Shown in pieces: positions 7,465 to 15,903 of a stretch of DNA of 27,052 nt (the stretch's first letter is position 1; each line of letters starts with the position of its first letter). This DNA comes from Myxococcota bacterium. GTDB lineage: Bacteria; Myxococcota; XYA12-FULL-58-9; JALHOP01. The position numbers were made by a program, and so were the translations under genes. Location of the stretch: positions 1 to 27,052 of the forward strand of contig JBGGMJ010000040.1 in the NCBI GenBank assembly GCA_041288095.1, read 5' to 3'. The notes beneath the pieces are model-generated. The model was not told the DNA's origin, ran no database searches, and saw nothing but the letters and a program-made list of their open reading frames with translations.

Positions 7465-10400
7465 GTGGCGAGCAACAAGGACAAAATCCGGGCCTCCGCC
7501 CAGAAGTTCCTACAGAAGGGTCAGATCGACAAGGCGATCCGCGAATACCAGCGGCTCGTCGAAGAAGACCCCAAAGACGTCCGCACGTTGCTCAAGATCG
7601 GCGACCTGCAGACGCGCATCGGTTCGAACTCCGAGGCCACGACGACGTACGGGCTCGTGGCGCAGTTCTACTCCGAGCAGGGTTTCTTCCTGAAAGCGGT
7701 CGCCGTCTACAAGCAGATCCTCAAGCTCGACCCGAACCTCATCGAGACCAACCTCAAGCTCGCTGACCTCTACCATCAGCTCGGCCTGATGTCGGACGCC
7801 GCCAATCAGTACCGGCAGATCAGCCAGCTCTACGAGCAGAGCGGGCGCGTCGAAGACAGCATCAAGGTGCTGCAGCGGATGGTCGAGCTCGATCCCGAAA
7901 ACGTCGCCAGCCGCATCAAGCTCGCCGAGGTTTACGCCAAGCAAAACATGCTCGAGGACGCGCGCACGGAGTTCACCAGGGCGGCGCAGTTCCTCAAGTC
8001 GGCCCACCGCGTCGACGACTACGTGAAGGTCGCCGAGCGCATCATCCACTTCGATCCGAACGATCTACGCACCACCAAAGAGCTCGCCAACATCTACATC
8101 CAGAAGGGCGATCCACGCCGGGCGCTGGCGAAGCTCCAAGTCTGTTTCAAGGCGAACCCCAAGGACATCGAGACGCTCAACCTGCTCGCAGCCGCGTTCA
8201 AGGATCTCGAGCAGCCGCAGAAGACCATCTCGGTCTACCGCGAGCTCGCGCGTATCCACGAAGCCGCGGGCGACAGTCAAAGCTTCCAGAGCGTCATGCG
8301 CCGTATCCTCGCCATCGACCCCGACGACGTCGAGGCCCGCCAAGCGCTCGGCGCCGGCGCGAGGCCGCCGCCACCCATCCGCCAAAGCGTACCGGGTGGT
8401 CCCTCGACTCCGCCGCCGCGCCGCTCGACGATGGATGTGAGCCCGAGTCAGGTCGACGCCGCTCAAGCCCTGGCGATGCCGACCCGCCGCGTCACGGGCG
8501 AGATGTCGGCCCAGCAGGTCGCCGCGGTCCAGCAAGTGGTCAACCAGGCGCCCCGCCGCTCCACCGGCGAGATCAGCCCGGCGCAGATCGCCGCCATGGA
8601 AGCGATCGCGGCTCAGGGTGCCGCGCGGCGTGGCACCAGCGACGTCTCGCCCGCGCAGGTCGCCGCCGCGCGCAGCGCCGCCGGACAGCCCGCGCCGCAG
8701 AATCAGCGTGGCGGCAATGAGGTGTCGCCGGCACAGCTCGCGCAATCGTCGGCGCTGCCCGACAACGCGTTGGGCCGGATCGTGCCCGCGCAAAAAGCGG
8801 TCCCGGCACAACCGGAGTCGCCGGTTCAAGAGATCGATCGCCGGCCGCCGGTGACCGAGATCGATGACGACATCGAGGTCGACACTGACTTCGACGAGCC
8901 GGCGGCGGCCTCCGATGCGGCGCTCATCGCGGCCCAGTCCGAGGGTCTGACCGACGCCACACGCGAGACCATTTCGCGGATTCTTGTCGAGTCCGAGGTC
9001 TACATCAAATACGGCTTGAAGCAGAAAGCCGTCGACCACCTGCGCAAGATTTTCGTGATCGCGCCCGATCATCGTGAGGCGCGCGCGCGCTACAAGACGC
9101 TGCTCATCGACACCGAGGCCCACGAAGAAGCCGTGGAGGTGCTCCTGGGCATGGCCGCTGTAGCGGTCGAGCAAGGCGACACCGAGACCGCCCGCGGTGA
9201 TCTCGAGGAGCTCCTGGGCCTCACGCCCGGCCACCGCCGCGCCAAGGACCTGCTCGCCAAGCTCGGTCCAACCTCGGCGAAGATCGCGGCGAAGCCACCC
9301 ATCGAGCACGAGCTCGACGAAGACGAGCTCACGGTGACCGAGGACATGGTCACCGACGATTACATCCCCACGGTCGCGACTCAGGGGGAGACCGTTGCCG
9401 CGACGTTGTCGTACGAGCCGTCCGAGAAAGCGGCCGAGATCGATCTGGACGCCGACGACGAAGAGATCGACGTCAGCAGCGACGCGGAGATCGACGACGG
9501 CTTGATCATCGGCGCGGACGCCGAGGACAGGGACGCGCTGGATGACGCGTCGATGGGCGGCATCATCGTCGGTGACGATGACGAGGACGGCATCACCGTC
9601 GAGCTCGAGGACGAGCAGCTCGAAGGCAGCGAGCTCGAAGAGCTGACCTTCGCCGATACTGGGTCGACGAACGCCGAGTTAGACGCACCGCTCATCGAGG
9701 TGGAAACCGCGGCGCCGGGGACTTCGATCGAGCTCAGCTTCGAGGTCGATGATGACGCGGCCGATGAGCCGGTCGTCGAGATGCCAGTTGTCGATGAGCC
9801 GATTGCAGCCAAGCCGGTTGTCAATGAGCCGATTGCCGCCAAGCCGGTCGCCGCCAAAGCAGCTCCGCCCCCCGAAAAGGCGAGGCCCTCGAAGGCCGCA
9901 TCCTCGCTCGACGACGATCTCGACGCCCTGATCAACTCGGCGGTCCCAGCGCGCGCCAAGGAGAACAAGCCCGCCGCGGACAAAGCCAAGGCCGAAGCTG
10001 CCGCCAAAGCGGAGCAGGCGAAGGCCGAAGCGGCGAAGCTCGAAGCCCAGCGCCTCGAGGCGGCGATGGTCGCCGCCGCGGCCGCGAAAGCGGAGGCAGC
10101 AAGGGCGGAAGCCGCCCGCGCCGAAGCGGAGAAGGTCGAGGCCGCGCGAGCCGCAGCTGAAGCGCAAGCCGAAGCCTCGGCTGCGGCGGCGCGCGCCCAA
10201 GAGGTCGTCCCCGACATTGCGCCGGTCGACCTCTCCAGCGAAGTCGCCGAGATCGGTTTCTATCTCGAGCAAGGTCTCGAGGACGAAGCGCGCGACATGG
10301 TCGCGAACCTCTTGCGCGATCACCCGACGCACCCCGACCTGCTGGCGCTGCGGGCCAAGCTCGACGGCACGGCGGCCCCCGCCCTCCCGCCGGCGGCCGC

Positions 10401-11013
10401 GCTGGACTACGAGCCCGAGCCCGAGATGCTCATCGGCGGCGACCTGGGTCTCGACATCGCAGCCGACCTGCAATCCGCCGCGGCGGACGACGATCTGCAG
10501 GGCTCACTCGACGATGTCTTCGACGCCTTCAAGAAGGGCGTCGCCGAGAGCGTCGAGGAAGCCGACTACGCGACGCACTACGACCTCGGCATCGCCTACA
10601 AGGAGATGGACCTCCTCGCCGACGCCATCCGCGAGTTCGAGCTCGCCGCCAAGGACCCAAGCCGCGCCATCGGTGCCCTCACCATGATGGGCCTCTGCGC
10701 GCTGCAGCTCGGGGACACCGAGCACGCGCTCGAGTACTTCCAGCGCGGTCTCAACCTGCCGTCGGTGACCCCACAGGAGGCGATGGCGCTGCGTTACGAG
10801 ATCGGTGTCGCCTACGAAGGCGCCGGCCGCCTGGGTGACGCCAGCAAGTTCTACGAGAAAGTACATACGTGGGACGCCGGCTTCCGCGACGTCGAAGAGC
10901 GCTTCAACCGCGCCAAGGACGAGGGCGGTGCCGATGTCGGCGGCGAGCTCGACGAGCTGCTTACCGAGACGGAAGCCGAGCGGGCCTCGCGCAGCAAAAT
11001 CTCCTACGTCTAG
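7465..11013 (+). CDS. sgmX: SgmX-type TPR protein (type IV pilus / social motility polarity effector)
   Basis: N-terminal TPR array NKDKIRASAQKFLQKGQIDKAIREYQ...YSEQGFFLKAVAVYKQILKL...MVELDPENVASRIKLAE...RALAKLQVCFKA, middle ESEVYIKYGLKQKAVDHL, and C-terminal TPRs FKKGVAESV...THYDLGIAYKEMDLL...ALRYEIG...FRDVEER ending in ISYV. This matches SgmX as I recall it and its synteny with pilQ-mglC-efp. The start is probably GTG 7465 (alternative ATG 7444), not 7354, which lies inside the terminator. Confidence 0.85.
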   Translation: MASNKDKIRASAQKFLQKGQIDKAIREYQRLVEEDPKDVRTLLKIGDLQTRIGSNSEATTTYGLVAQFYSEQGFFLKAVAVYKQILKLDPNLIETNLKLADLYHQLGLMSDAANQYRQISQLYEQSGRVEDSIKVLQRMVELDPENVASRIKLAEVYAKQNMLEDARTEFTRAAQFLKSAHRVDDYVKVAERIIHFDPNDLRTTKELANIYIQKGDPRRALAKLQVCFKANPKDIETLNLLAAAFKDLEQPQKTISVYRELARIHEAAGDSQSFQSVMRRILAIDPDDVEARQALGAGARPPPPIRQSVPGGPSTPPPRRSTMDVSPSQVDAAQALAMPTRRVTGEMSAQQVAAVQQVVNQAPRRSTGEISPAQIAAMEAIAAQGAARRGTSDVSPAQVAAARSAAGQPAPQNQRGGNEVSPAQLAQSSALPDNALGRIVPAQKAVPAQPESPVQEIDRRPPVTEIDDDIEVDTDFDEPAAASDAALIAAQSEGLTDATRETISRILVESEVYIKYGLKQKAVDHLRKIFVIAPDHREARARYKTLLIDTEAHEEAVEVLLGMAAVAVEQGDTETARGDLEELLGLTPGHRRAKDLLAKLGPTSAKIAAKPPIEHELDEDELTVTEDMVTDDYIPTVATQGETVAATLSYEPSEKAAEIDLDADDEEIDVSSDAEIDDGLIIGADAEDRDALDDASMGGIIVGDDDEDGITVELEDEQLEGSELEELTFADTGSTNAELDAPLIEVETAAPGTSIELSFEVDDDAADEPVVEMPVVDEPIAAKPVVNEPIAAKPVAAKAAPPPEKARPSKAASSLDDDLDALINSAVPARAKENKPAADKAKAEAAAKAEQAKAEAAKLEAQRLEAAMVAAAAAKAEAARAEAARAEAEKVEAARAAAEAQAEASAAAARAQEVVPDIAPVDLSSEVAEIGFYLEQGLEDEARDMVANLLRDHPTHPDLLALRAKLDGTAAPALPPAAALDYEPEPEMLIGGDLGLDIAADLQSAAADDDLQGSLDDVFDAFKKGVAESVEEADYATHYDLGIAYKEMDLLADAIREFELAAKDPSRAIGALTMMGLCALQLGDTEHALEYFQRGLNLPSVTPQEAMALRYEIGVAYEGAGRLGDASKFYEKVHTWDAGFRDVEERFNRAKDEGGADVGGELDELLTETEAERASRSKISYV
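8419..8739 (+). repeat. Five degenerate peptide repeats RRxT/GxE/D[VIM]SPxQ[VIL] in the SgmX linker
   Basis: RRSTMDVSPSQV, RRVTGEMSAQQV, RRSTGEISPAQI, RRGTSDVSPAQV, QRGGNEVSPAQL. Confidence 0.75.
9763..9852 (+). repeat. Three tandem 30-bp in-frame repeats in sgmX
   Basis: gatgagccggtcgtcgagatgccagttgtc / gatgagccgattgcagccaagccggttgtc / aatgagccgattgccgccaagccggtcgcc, encoding DEPVVEMPVV DEPIAAKPVV NEPIAAKPVA. Confidence 0.85.
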
Positions 11014-11754
11014 CTACTTCTGCGCTCTTTCGATCCAGTCGATTGAAGCGGCGGTGCCCTTGGCGTCGAGCTGGTTGATGTGCACGAACACGCGGTCGCG
11101 CTGCTGCAAGTAGTACGCTCCGGCGTTGCGCTGGTTGGCCTCGCTCGCCATGTCGACGGTTTGCTGCTTGCCCGTGAAGGCGATGACTCCGGTGAAGACC
11201 TTGTCGCCGACGAGCTGCTTGGCGTAGGGCCCGGTCTTCGCCGGCCGGCGCACGCGTAGCTTCAAGGCGACCGCGGGGAATGTCCCTCGCTGTGTCTCGA
11301 TGACCTCGGCTTCGAGACGCTCCGTGGCCTCGTGCGGAACGAGCGCCGCCAGGAGCTGCGGCTTGGTAGCGCGGATCGAGCCACCGGCTTCGGGCTGCGC
11401 GAAAGCGACGGTCGTGCCCTGCATCCCGGCGATACCGGCAAGCGGGTCGCCGCCGATGGTCACGGTGGCCACCTGCTCGAGGAGCCGGCCGAGGGGGATG
11501 CCGCTGACGATCACCGCCTTGGGCTCGGCCTTGAACTGTGCCCCGGCGAGCCGCTCCGAGAGGGCCTGGACGACCGCCGCCGAGTCCACTCCGTCGACGA
11601 GGTTGAAACGGACGCTACCGCCCTCCTCCTTCCAGCTCACCGCGGCGCCCGGCTGGAAGCTGCCGTCCTGCCCTCGAACCACCAAGGTATCGGCGGCCGC
11701 GAAAGCCGTGCCGGTCAGGAGGGTGAGGGTCATGACGACCAAGGCGCGCAGCAT
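11014..11754 (-). CDS. Secreted/periplasmic hypothetical protein (246 aa)
   Basis: RBS AGGAG (complement of 11760-11764) before ATG 11754; Sec signal MLRALVVMTLTLLTGTAFA-A; its stop abuts the sgmX stop. No family recognised. Confidence 0.8.
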   Translation of the reverse strand: MLRALVVMTLTLLTGTAFAAADTLVVRGQDGSFQPGAAVSWKEEGGSVRFNLVDGVDSAAVVQALSERLAGAQFKAEPKAVIVSGIPLGRLLEQVATVTIGGDPLAGIAGMQGTTVAFAQPEAGGSIRATKPQLLAALVPHEATERLEAEVIETQRGTFPAVALKLRVRRPAKTGPYAKQLVGDKVFTGVIAFTGKQQTVDMASEANQRNAGAYYLQQRDRVFVHINQLDAKGTAASIDWIERAQK

Positions 11755-11822
11755 GGAAACTCCTCTAGATCGACGTCGTTCGACGTGACAGAACTGCCCA
11801 GAATTCAGCTTACCCGTCCACG

Positions 11823-14800
11823 ATGACCGAACCAACGGGCCAGGAAGGGCCGACGGAAGCCCGACCACGGCGCAAGCGTTGGCGCTGGCTGCGTCGCCTC
11901 GTTTTCTTGAGCCTCTTCGGGCTCCTTGCCATGGTGGTCGGCCTCTGGCTGCTCCGCAACGTCGTGCTCACGGACGAGCGGCTCCGGGGCATCATCGAAG
12001 ATCAGGCGACGTCGATCCTCGGGGTGCCGGTCACGGTGAAGAGCCTGACCCTCGATCTCGGCTCCGAGGTCACCGTCGAAGGCTTCGTCATTGGTCCGCC
12101 GGCCGGCTTTACGCGTAACGTTTTGACCGTCGAATACGCGCACTTTGCCTGGCGCATCCGGCCGCTCTTTTCGAAGACCGTCGAGGTGCCCGACCTCTCC
12201 GCGCGCGGCGTCACCGCGGTCATGGAGGAGAACGAGAACGGCACCAACATCCAAGCGCTGCTCGCGAACATGCAAGGCAATACCAAGGCGGAGCCGCCCC
12301 CAGAACCGAACGCCGAGCCCGCCGGCAAGGAACCACTCACGCAGCCACGTTTGCCGCTGCATATCGTCGTCTCGCATCTCGCGTTCACCGAGGTGAAAGG
12401 CGAGGTGGTGTCGCCCAAGCTCGCCGCCGCCGTCGATCGCCTCGGCGTGGAAGGCCGCTTCGAGGGTGAAGGCGACGCCATGAGTCTCGAGCTGTGGATG
12501 GGCCTGGGGGACCACCAGGGCCCCGCGCGCTCGCAGGCGAGCTACGCCGGCTCGGGCGTTGCCGTGTCGAGCAACCAACACGGCGGCCTCACTGTCCGCT
12601 CGAGCGGCTTCGGCGACGTCGACCTGCTGCTCGACGTCGACGCGGTCACGACCCTGTCGCGGCCCAAGAAGCTCCCCGAGCTCACCTCGGCCGCGAAGGC
12701 GCACCTGCACCTGAATCTCCTGGCGCAGACGGCCACCCTCACCGACACCAGCTTCAAGCTCGGCAAAGGCACGAGAGCGGAGCTCGCGCTGTCGGTACGC
12801 GAGATGCTGACCGCGCCGACCGTCAGCCTCGATACCTTGAACGGCGAGGCCGACCTGGGCGAGCTCTCGCCGCTCATCAACGCCTTCGTACCCGGCGTGC
12901 GGGTGAGCGGGCGCGTCGAGCTGGCGGCGGCACCCATGCAAATGGCCGTCGCGGCATCGCCGGCCGAGCTGTCGAGCAACCTCTCCGCCAAAGTGGTCAA
13001 CGCCCATGCCGGGATGCACGGGAACGTCGTCGACGACCTCGACGCCGACGCGACGTTGAGCTTGGCGAGCGGCATCCTCGGCCTGTCCGCTAACGCGAGC
13101 ATCGCGGCCGTGGCCGCGCCGCAGGGCTCCGCGAAAGGCCTACACGCGACGCTCGAGCTGACCACGCCCGTGGCGCCGTGGCTCGGCGAGGATGACGGCA
13201 TGTTCGCGATGGTCAGCGACGTCCGGATCGGCCACGCCGAGACCGCCGCCGCCGTGGCCGACGCCATCACCATGCACGTCGAGTCCACCGGTCCCATCGC
13301 CATGCTGCGGAAGCGGCCGGCGACCACCACCCTGCAAACCAACCTCGTCTTGGGAGTGGGGAGCGCCGGCGTGGCCGGCAGCGAGGCACGGGACATCGCC
13401 TTCTCGTGTGAGGTCAACCAGCGCGACCTCATGGCCAACGTCGTCGACGTCGTCCTGCAAGCGAGCGTCGGCTCCGCGGCCACGACGCTACCGCAAGGCG
13501 ACATGACCGTGCCGCGCCTGACGGCCGCGATGACGGTCAAGCGGCGGGGCCAGAGCGTGGCAATCCCCGCCCTCTCCATGCAGCTCGGCAACATCATGCG
13601 CATGACGGGCAGCACGGCGGTGGACGCGGCAATGACGCCGGCACCGCGGGTGAAGAGCTTCGTGCTCGACCTCGAGCCGACGAGCATCGAGGCACTCATC
13701 GCGCTCTTGCCGAAAGCCGCGCGGCCCCCGGCGACGGTCAGCGGCAGCATGCGCGCTCATGCGCAAGGCTCGGGGACGGTGCCCTATGTCGAGCTGACCG
13801 AGCTGGCGCAGGCGCCGATGATCCCGCGTACCGGTGACGTCTGGGGCGCCACCATCGCGGCCTACTCGAGCTTCGCCGAGCGCTGGGCGAAGCGACTCGT
13901 GAAAGGTCTGCCGTTCACCGCTGACATGACTTTCGAAGTGAGCGACCTCGCGTACACCGACCGAGCCGCCGACTGCGATGGCGGACACGTGCTCGCGAGC
14001 ATGAAGGTCGCCGAGCACGGAGCGTCGACGCGGGTGCGGCTCGAGGTGGCGAACGTCAAGCGGCCGCAGACGGTGCGTGACATGCGCTGGGAGTGGACCG
14101 CCGACTTGGTCGGTGGCCACGCCGAATCGAAGCTCCTGGGCGTCGTCGGCTACACCAAGCAGGCTGGGTCGCCGCTCGCGCTCGAAAACACCTCGGTCGA
14201 AGGCAGCGCCCGTTACGACCTCGGCGGCGACGCCGTCATCGATCGCTTCGCGGTGAGCTTGCCCACCCTCGGCACGCGCTTCGAGGCGCGGGCCTCCATG
14301 AAAGCCCCCTTAGACGTCGCCATCGTCAGAAGCTGGGAGCAATCCGGGCTGCCCGGCGTCGCGCTCGATGCGGCCTACGAGCTGCGCGTCGCCAATCGTG
14401 AGCCGCTGGCGCTCGGCGGTGGGTCCGCGGGCGTCGCCGTCGCCGGTGAAATGACGAGCCGTGGCAGCTTCGTGGTGGCGGAAGGTACCGCGGTGATCAC
14501 GGGCGACATCCGCGCCAAGGAGCTGTCCGCTAAAGTGGGTGAAAACCGACTCGAGGGGCTGAGCGGCATCCTCCCCTTCGACATCCGACTCGCGTTCGAC
14601 GGCCGCGCCGGCACGACGCCGCTCGCGCGCGGCTTGTCATTCGGCGATGTCGGCCTCATCACCGGCGATGCCACCGCCAGCACCGTCACCAGCCGCCCCG
14701 CCTATTACGATCGCTTGCATGACTATCGCGATCTGCAAGGCATCGTGATCCGCCGCATGCAGAGCGGCCCATACGTCATCGAGAACCTCGAGCTCGACGG

Positions 14801-15380
14801 CAGCATGGCAAACGGCCGCCTGCGCGCCGATCGCCTGGCCATGCACCTGCTCGGTGGCGACATCGTCGGCAACATGGACTTCAGGCTGGGCAACGACCGC
14901 TCGCTGAACGGCGAGATGGACTTCAAGGTCTCGAACATCGACGCCAGCACCTTCTCGATGCTGAACCTCGAGCCCGGACCCGACTCCGAGATGAACGCCG
15001 ATATGCACATGAGCTTCGCGTTCGCGCCGCGCAAGCGCGATCTCGAGTTCAACATGAACGTCACCAAGATCGGCAGCAAGACGCTCGACCGCTTCTTGCA
15101 GCTCCTCGATCCCGAGGAGAAAAACGACAGCCTGCAAGGCACGCGCGGCCAGCTGAAGTTCGTGCGCATCGACAACGTGGCCATGTGGTTGCGCTACGAA
15201 AATCTGAACATGGACATCGACGTCACCACCTTCATGCGCATCCCGTTCACCAACATCGGTTTCCCGAACATCGATCGCGAGCTCTTACGGCGCTACTCGA
15301 TCAGCGAGCAGCTCGACTTCTACCTGCAGCCGACGATCGACAAGACCGTGGCGCCGCTCCTGGGTTGGAATGCGAAATAA
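11823..15380 (+). CDS. AsmA-like / YdbH-like inner-membrane-anchored intermembrane bridge protein
   Basis: Basic N-terminus plus a single TM (RPRRKRWRWLRRLVFLSLFGLLAMVVGLWLL), AsmA-type N-terminal pattern (LRGIIEDQATSILGVPVTVKSLTLDL...ENENGTNIQALL), ~1100 aa of amphipathic beta strands, and a YdbH-like C-terminal RADRLAMHLLGGDIVGNMDF. A DUF1318 gene follows directly. Confidence 0.72.
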   Translation: MTEPTGQEGPTEARPRRKRWRWLRRLVFLSLFGLLAMVVGLWLLRNVVLTDERLRGIIEDQATSILGVPVTVKSLTLDLGSEVTVEGFVIGPPAGFTRNVLTVEYAHFAWRIRPLFSKTVEVPDLSARGVTAVMEENENGTNIQALLANMQGNTKAEPPPEPNAEPAGKEPLTQPRLPLHIVVSHLAFTEVKGEVVSPKLAAAVDRLGVEGRFEGEGDAMSLELWMGLGDHQGPARSQASYAGSGVAVSSNQHGGLTVRSSGFGDVDLLLDVDAVTTLSRPKKLPELTSAAKAHLHLNLLAQTATLTDTSFKLGKGTRAELALSVREMLTAPTVSLDTLNGEADLGELSPLINAFVPGVRVSGRVELAAAPMQMAVAASPAELSSNLSAKVVNAHAGMHGNVVDDLDADATLSLASGILGLSANASIAAVAAPQGSAKGLHATLELTTPVAPWLGEDDGMFAMVSDVRIGHAETAAAVADAITMHVESTGPIAMLRKRPATTTLQTNLVLGVGSAGVAGSEARDIAFSCEVNQRDLMANVVDVVLQASVGSAATTLPQGDMTVPRLTAAMTVKRRGQSVAIPALSMQLGNIMRMTGSTAVDAAMTPAPRVKSFVLDLEPTSIEALIALLPKAARPPATVSGSMRAHAQGSGTVPYVELTELAQAPMIPRTGDVWGATIAAYSSFAERWAKRLVKGLPFTADMTFEVSDLAYTDRAADCDGGHVLASMKVAEHGASTRVRLEVANVKRPQTVRDMRWEWTADLVGGHAESKLLGVVGYTKQAGSPLALENTSVEGSARYDLGGDAVIDRFAVSLPTLGTRFEARASMKAPLDVAIVRSWEQSGLPGVALDAAYELRVANREPLALGGGSAGVAVAGEMTSRGSFVVAEGTAVITGDIRAKELSAKVGENRLEGLSGILPFDIRLAFDGRAGTTPLARGLSFGDVGLITGDATASTVTSRPAYYDRLHDYRDLQGIVIRRMQSGPYVIENLELDGSMANGRLRADRLAMHLLGGDIVGNMDFRLGNDRSLNGEMDFKVSNIDASTFSMLNLEPGPDSEMNADMHMSFAFAPRKRDLEFNMNVTKIGSKTLDRFLQLLDPEEKNDSLQGTRGQLKFVRIDNVAMWLRYENLNMDIDVTTFMRIPFTNIGFPNIDRELLRRYSISEQLDFYLQPTIDKTVAPLLGWNAK

Positions 15381-15903
15381 ACTGTCACTCATTTTCTTAC
15401 CGGCGCTGTTTGCCTGCACGATCACCACGCGTCCGGTGAACATCGGCACCAAAACGGCGCTCGAGCGTCAGCTCATGGGTGAGCTCGAGCCGCTCTCCGA
15501 CGAGCAGCTCCTCGCGGCTTCGGTGCGCGCGCCGTCGGACAATCCCGAGGTCGCGGGCCTCGACACGACCCAAGCGTACGCCATGGCGGCGCGGCGCCGG
15601 CAGGTCTTCAACCGTGACGAGCTGGACGAGCTCAAGGCACGCGGCTGCCTCGGCGAAGCGAAGAACGCCACGGTTGCGCCGCGCGATTGCAACACGGGCG
15701 GCGAAGAAGCCGCGCGTCGCGACCGGCTCATCGCCGAGGAGAACGCCGACCGCGAGGCCATCCTCGAGTGGGTGGCGACAAGCGACGCGACGTTCGCCGG
15801 CAACGGCCGCGGCCAGCTCGTCGACATGTATCACCGGCTCCTCGCCGAGCGCGCGAAGCCCGGCGAGTGGGTGGAAGGCGCGGGGGGCTGGGCGAAGAAG
15901 TGA
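15370..15903 (+). CDS. DUF1318 (YdbL-family) lipoprotein
   Basis: Lipobox LFAC (C16). YdbL motifs LDELKARGCLGEAKNATV, LIAEENADREAI and AKPGEWVEGAGGWAKK. It overlaps the upstream gene by 11 nt. Confidence 0.82.
   Translation: MRNKLSLIFLPALFACTITTRPVNIGTKTALERQLMGELEPLSDEQLLAASVRAPSDNPEVAGLDTTQAYAMAARRRQVFNRDELDELKARGCLGEAKNATVAPRDCNTGGEEAARRDRLIAEENADREAILEWVATSDATFAGNGRGQLVDMYHRLLAERAKPGEWVEGAGGWAKK

Noticed and set aside
6767-11013. Functional link between efp and polyproline motifs in SgmX (PPPP, PPP)
   Set aside because: Polyproline runs are common in GC-rich disordered linkers and a terminator separates the genes; adjacency alone is not evidence.
11755-11868. Upstream extension of the minus-strand hypothetical ORF
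   Set aside because: It overlaps the start of the AsmA-like gene; RBS and signal peptide support ATG 11754.
15687-15899. ORF-track N-terminal extension of the CHAT protein
   Set aside because: It overlaps the well-supported DUF1318 gene and has low-complexity shadow composition; GTG 15900 gives a coupled start and a signal peptide.
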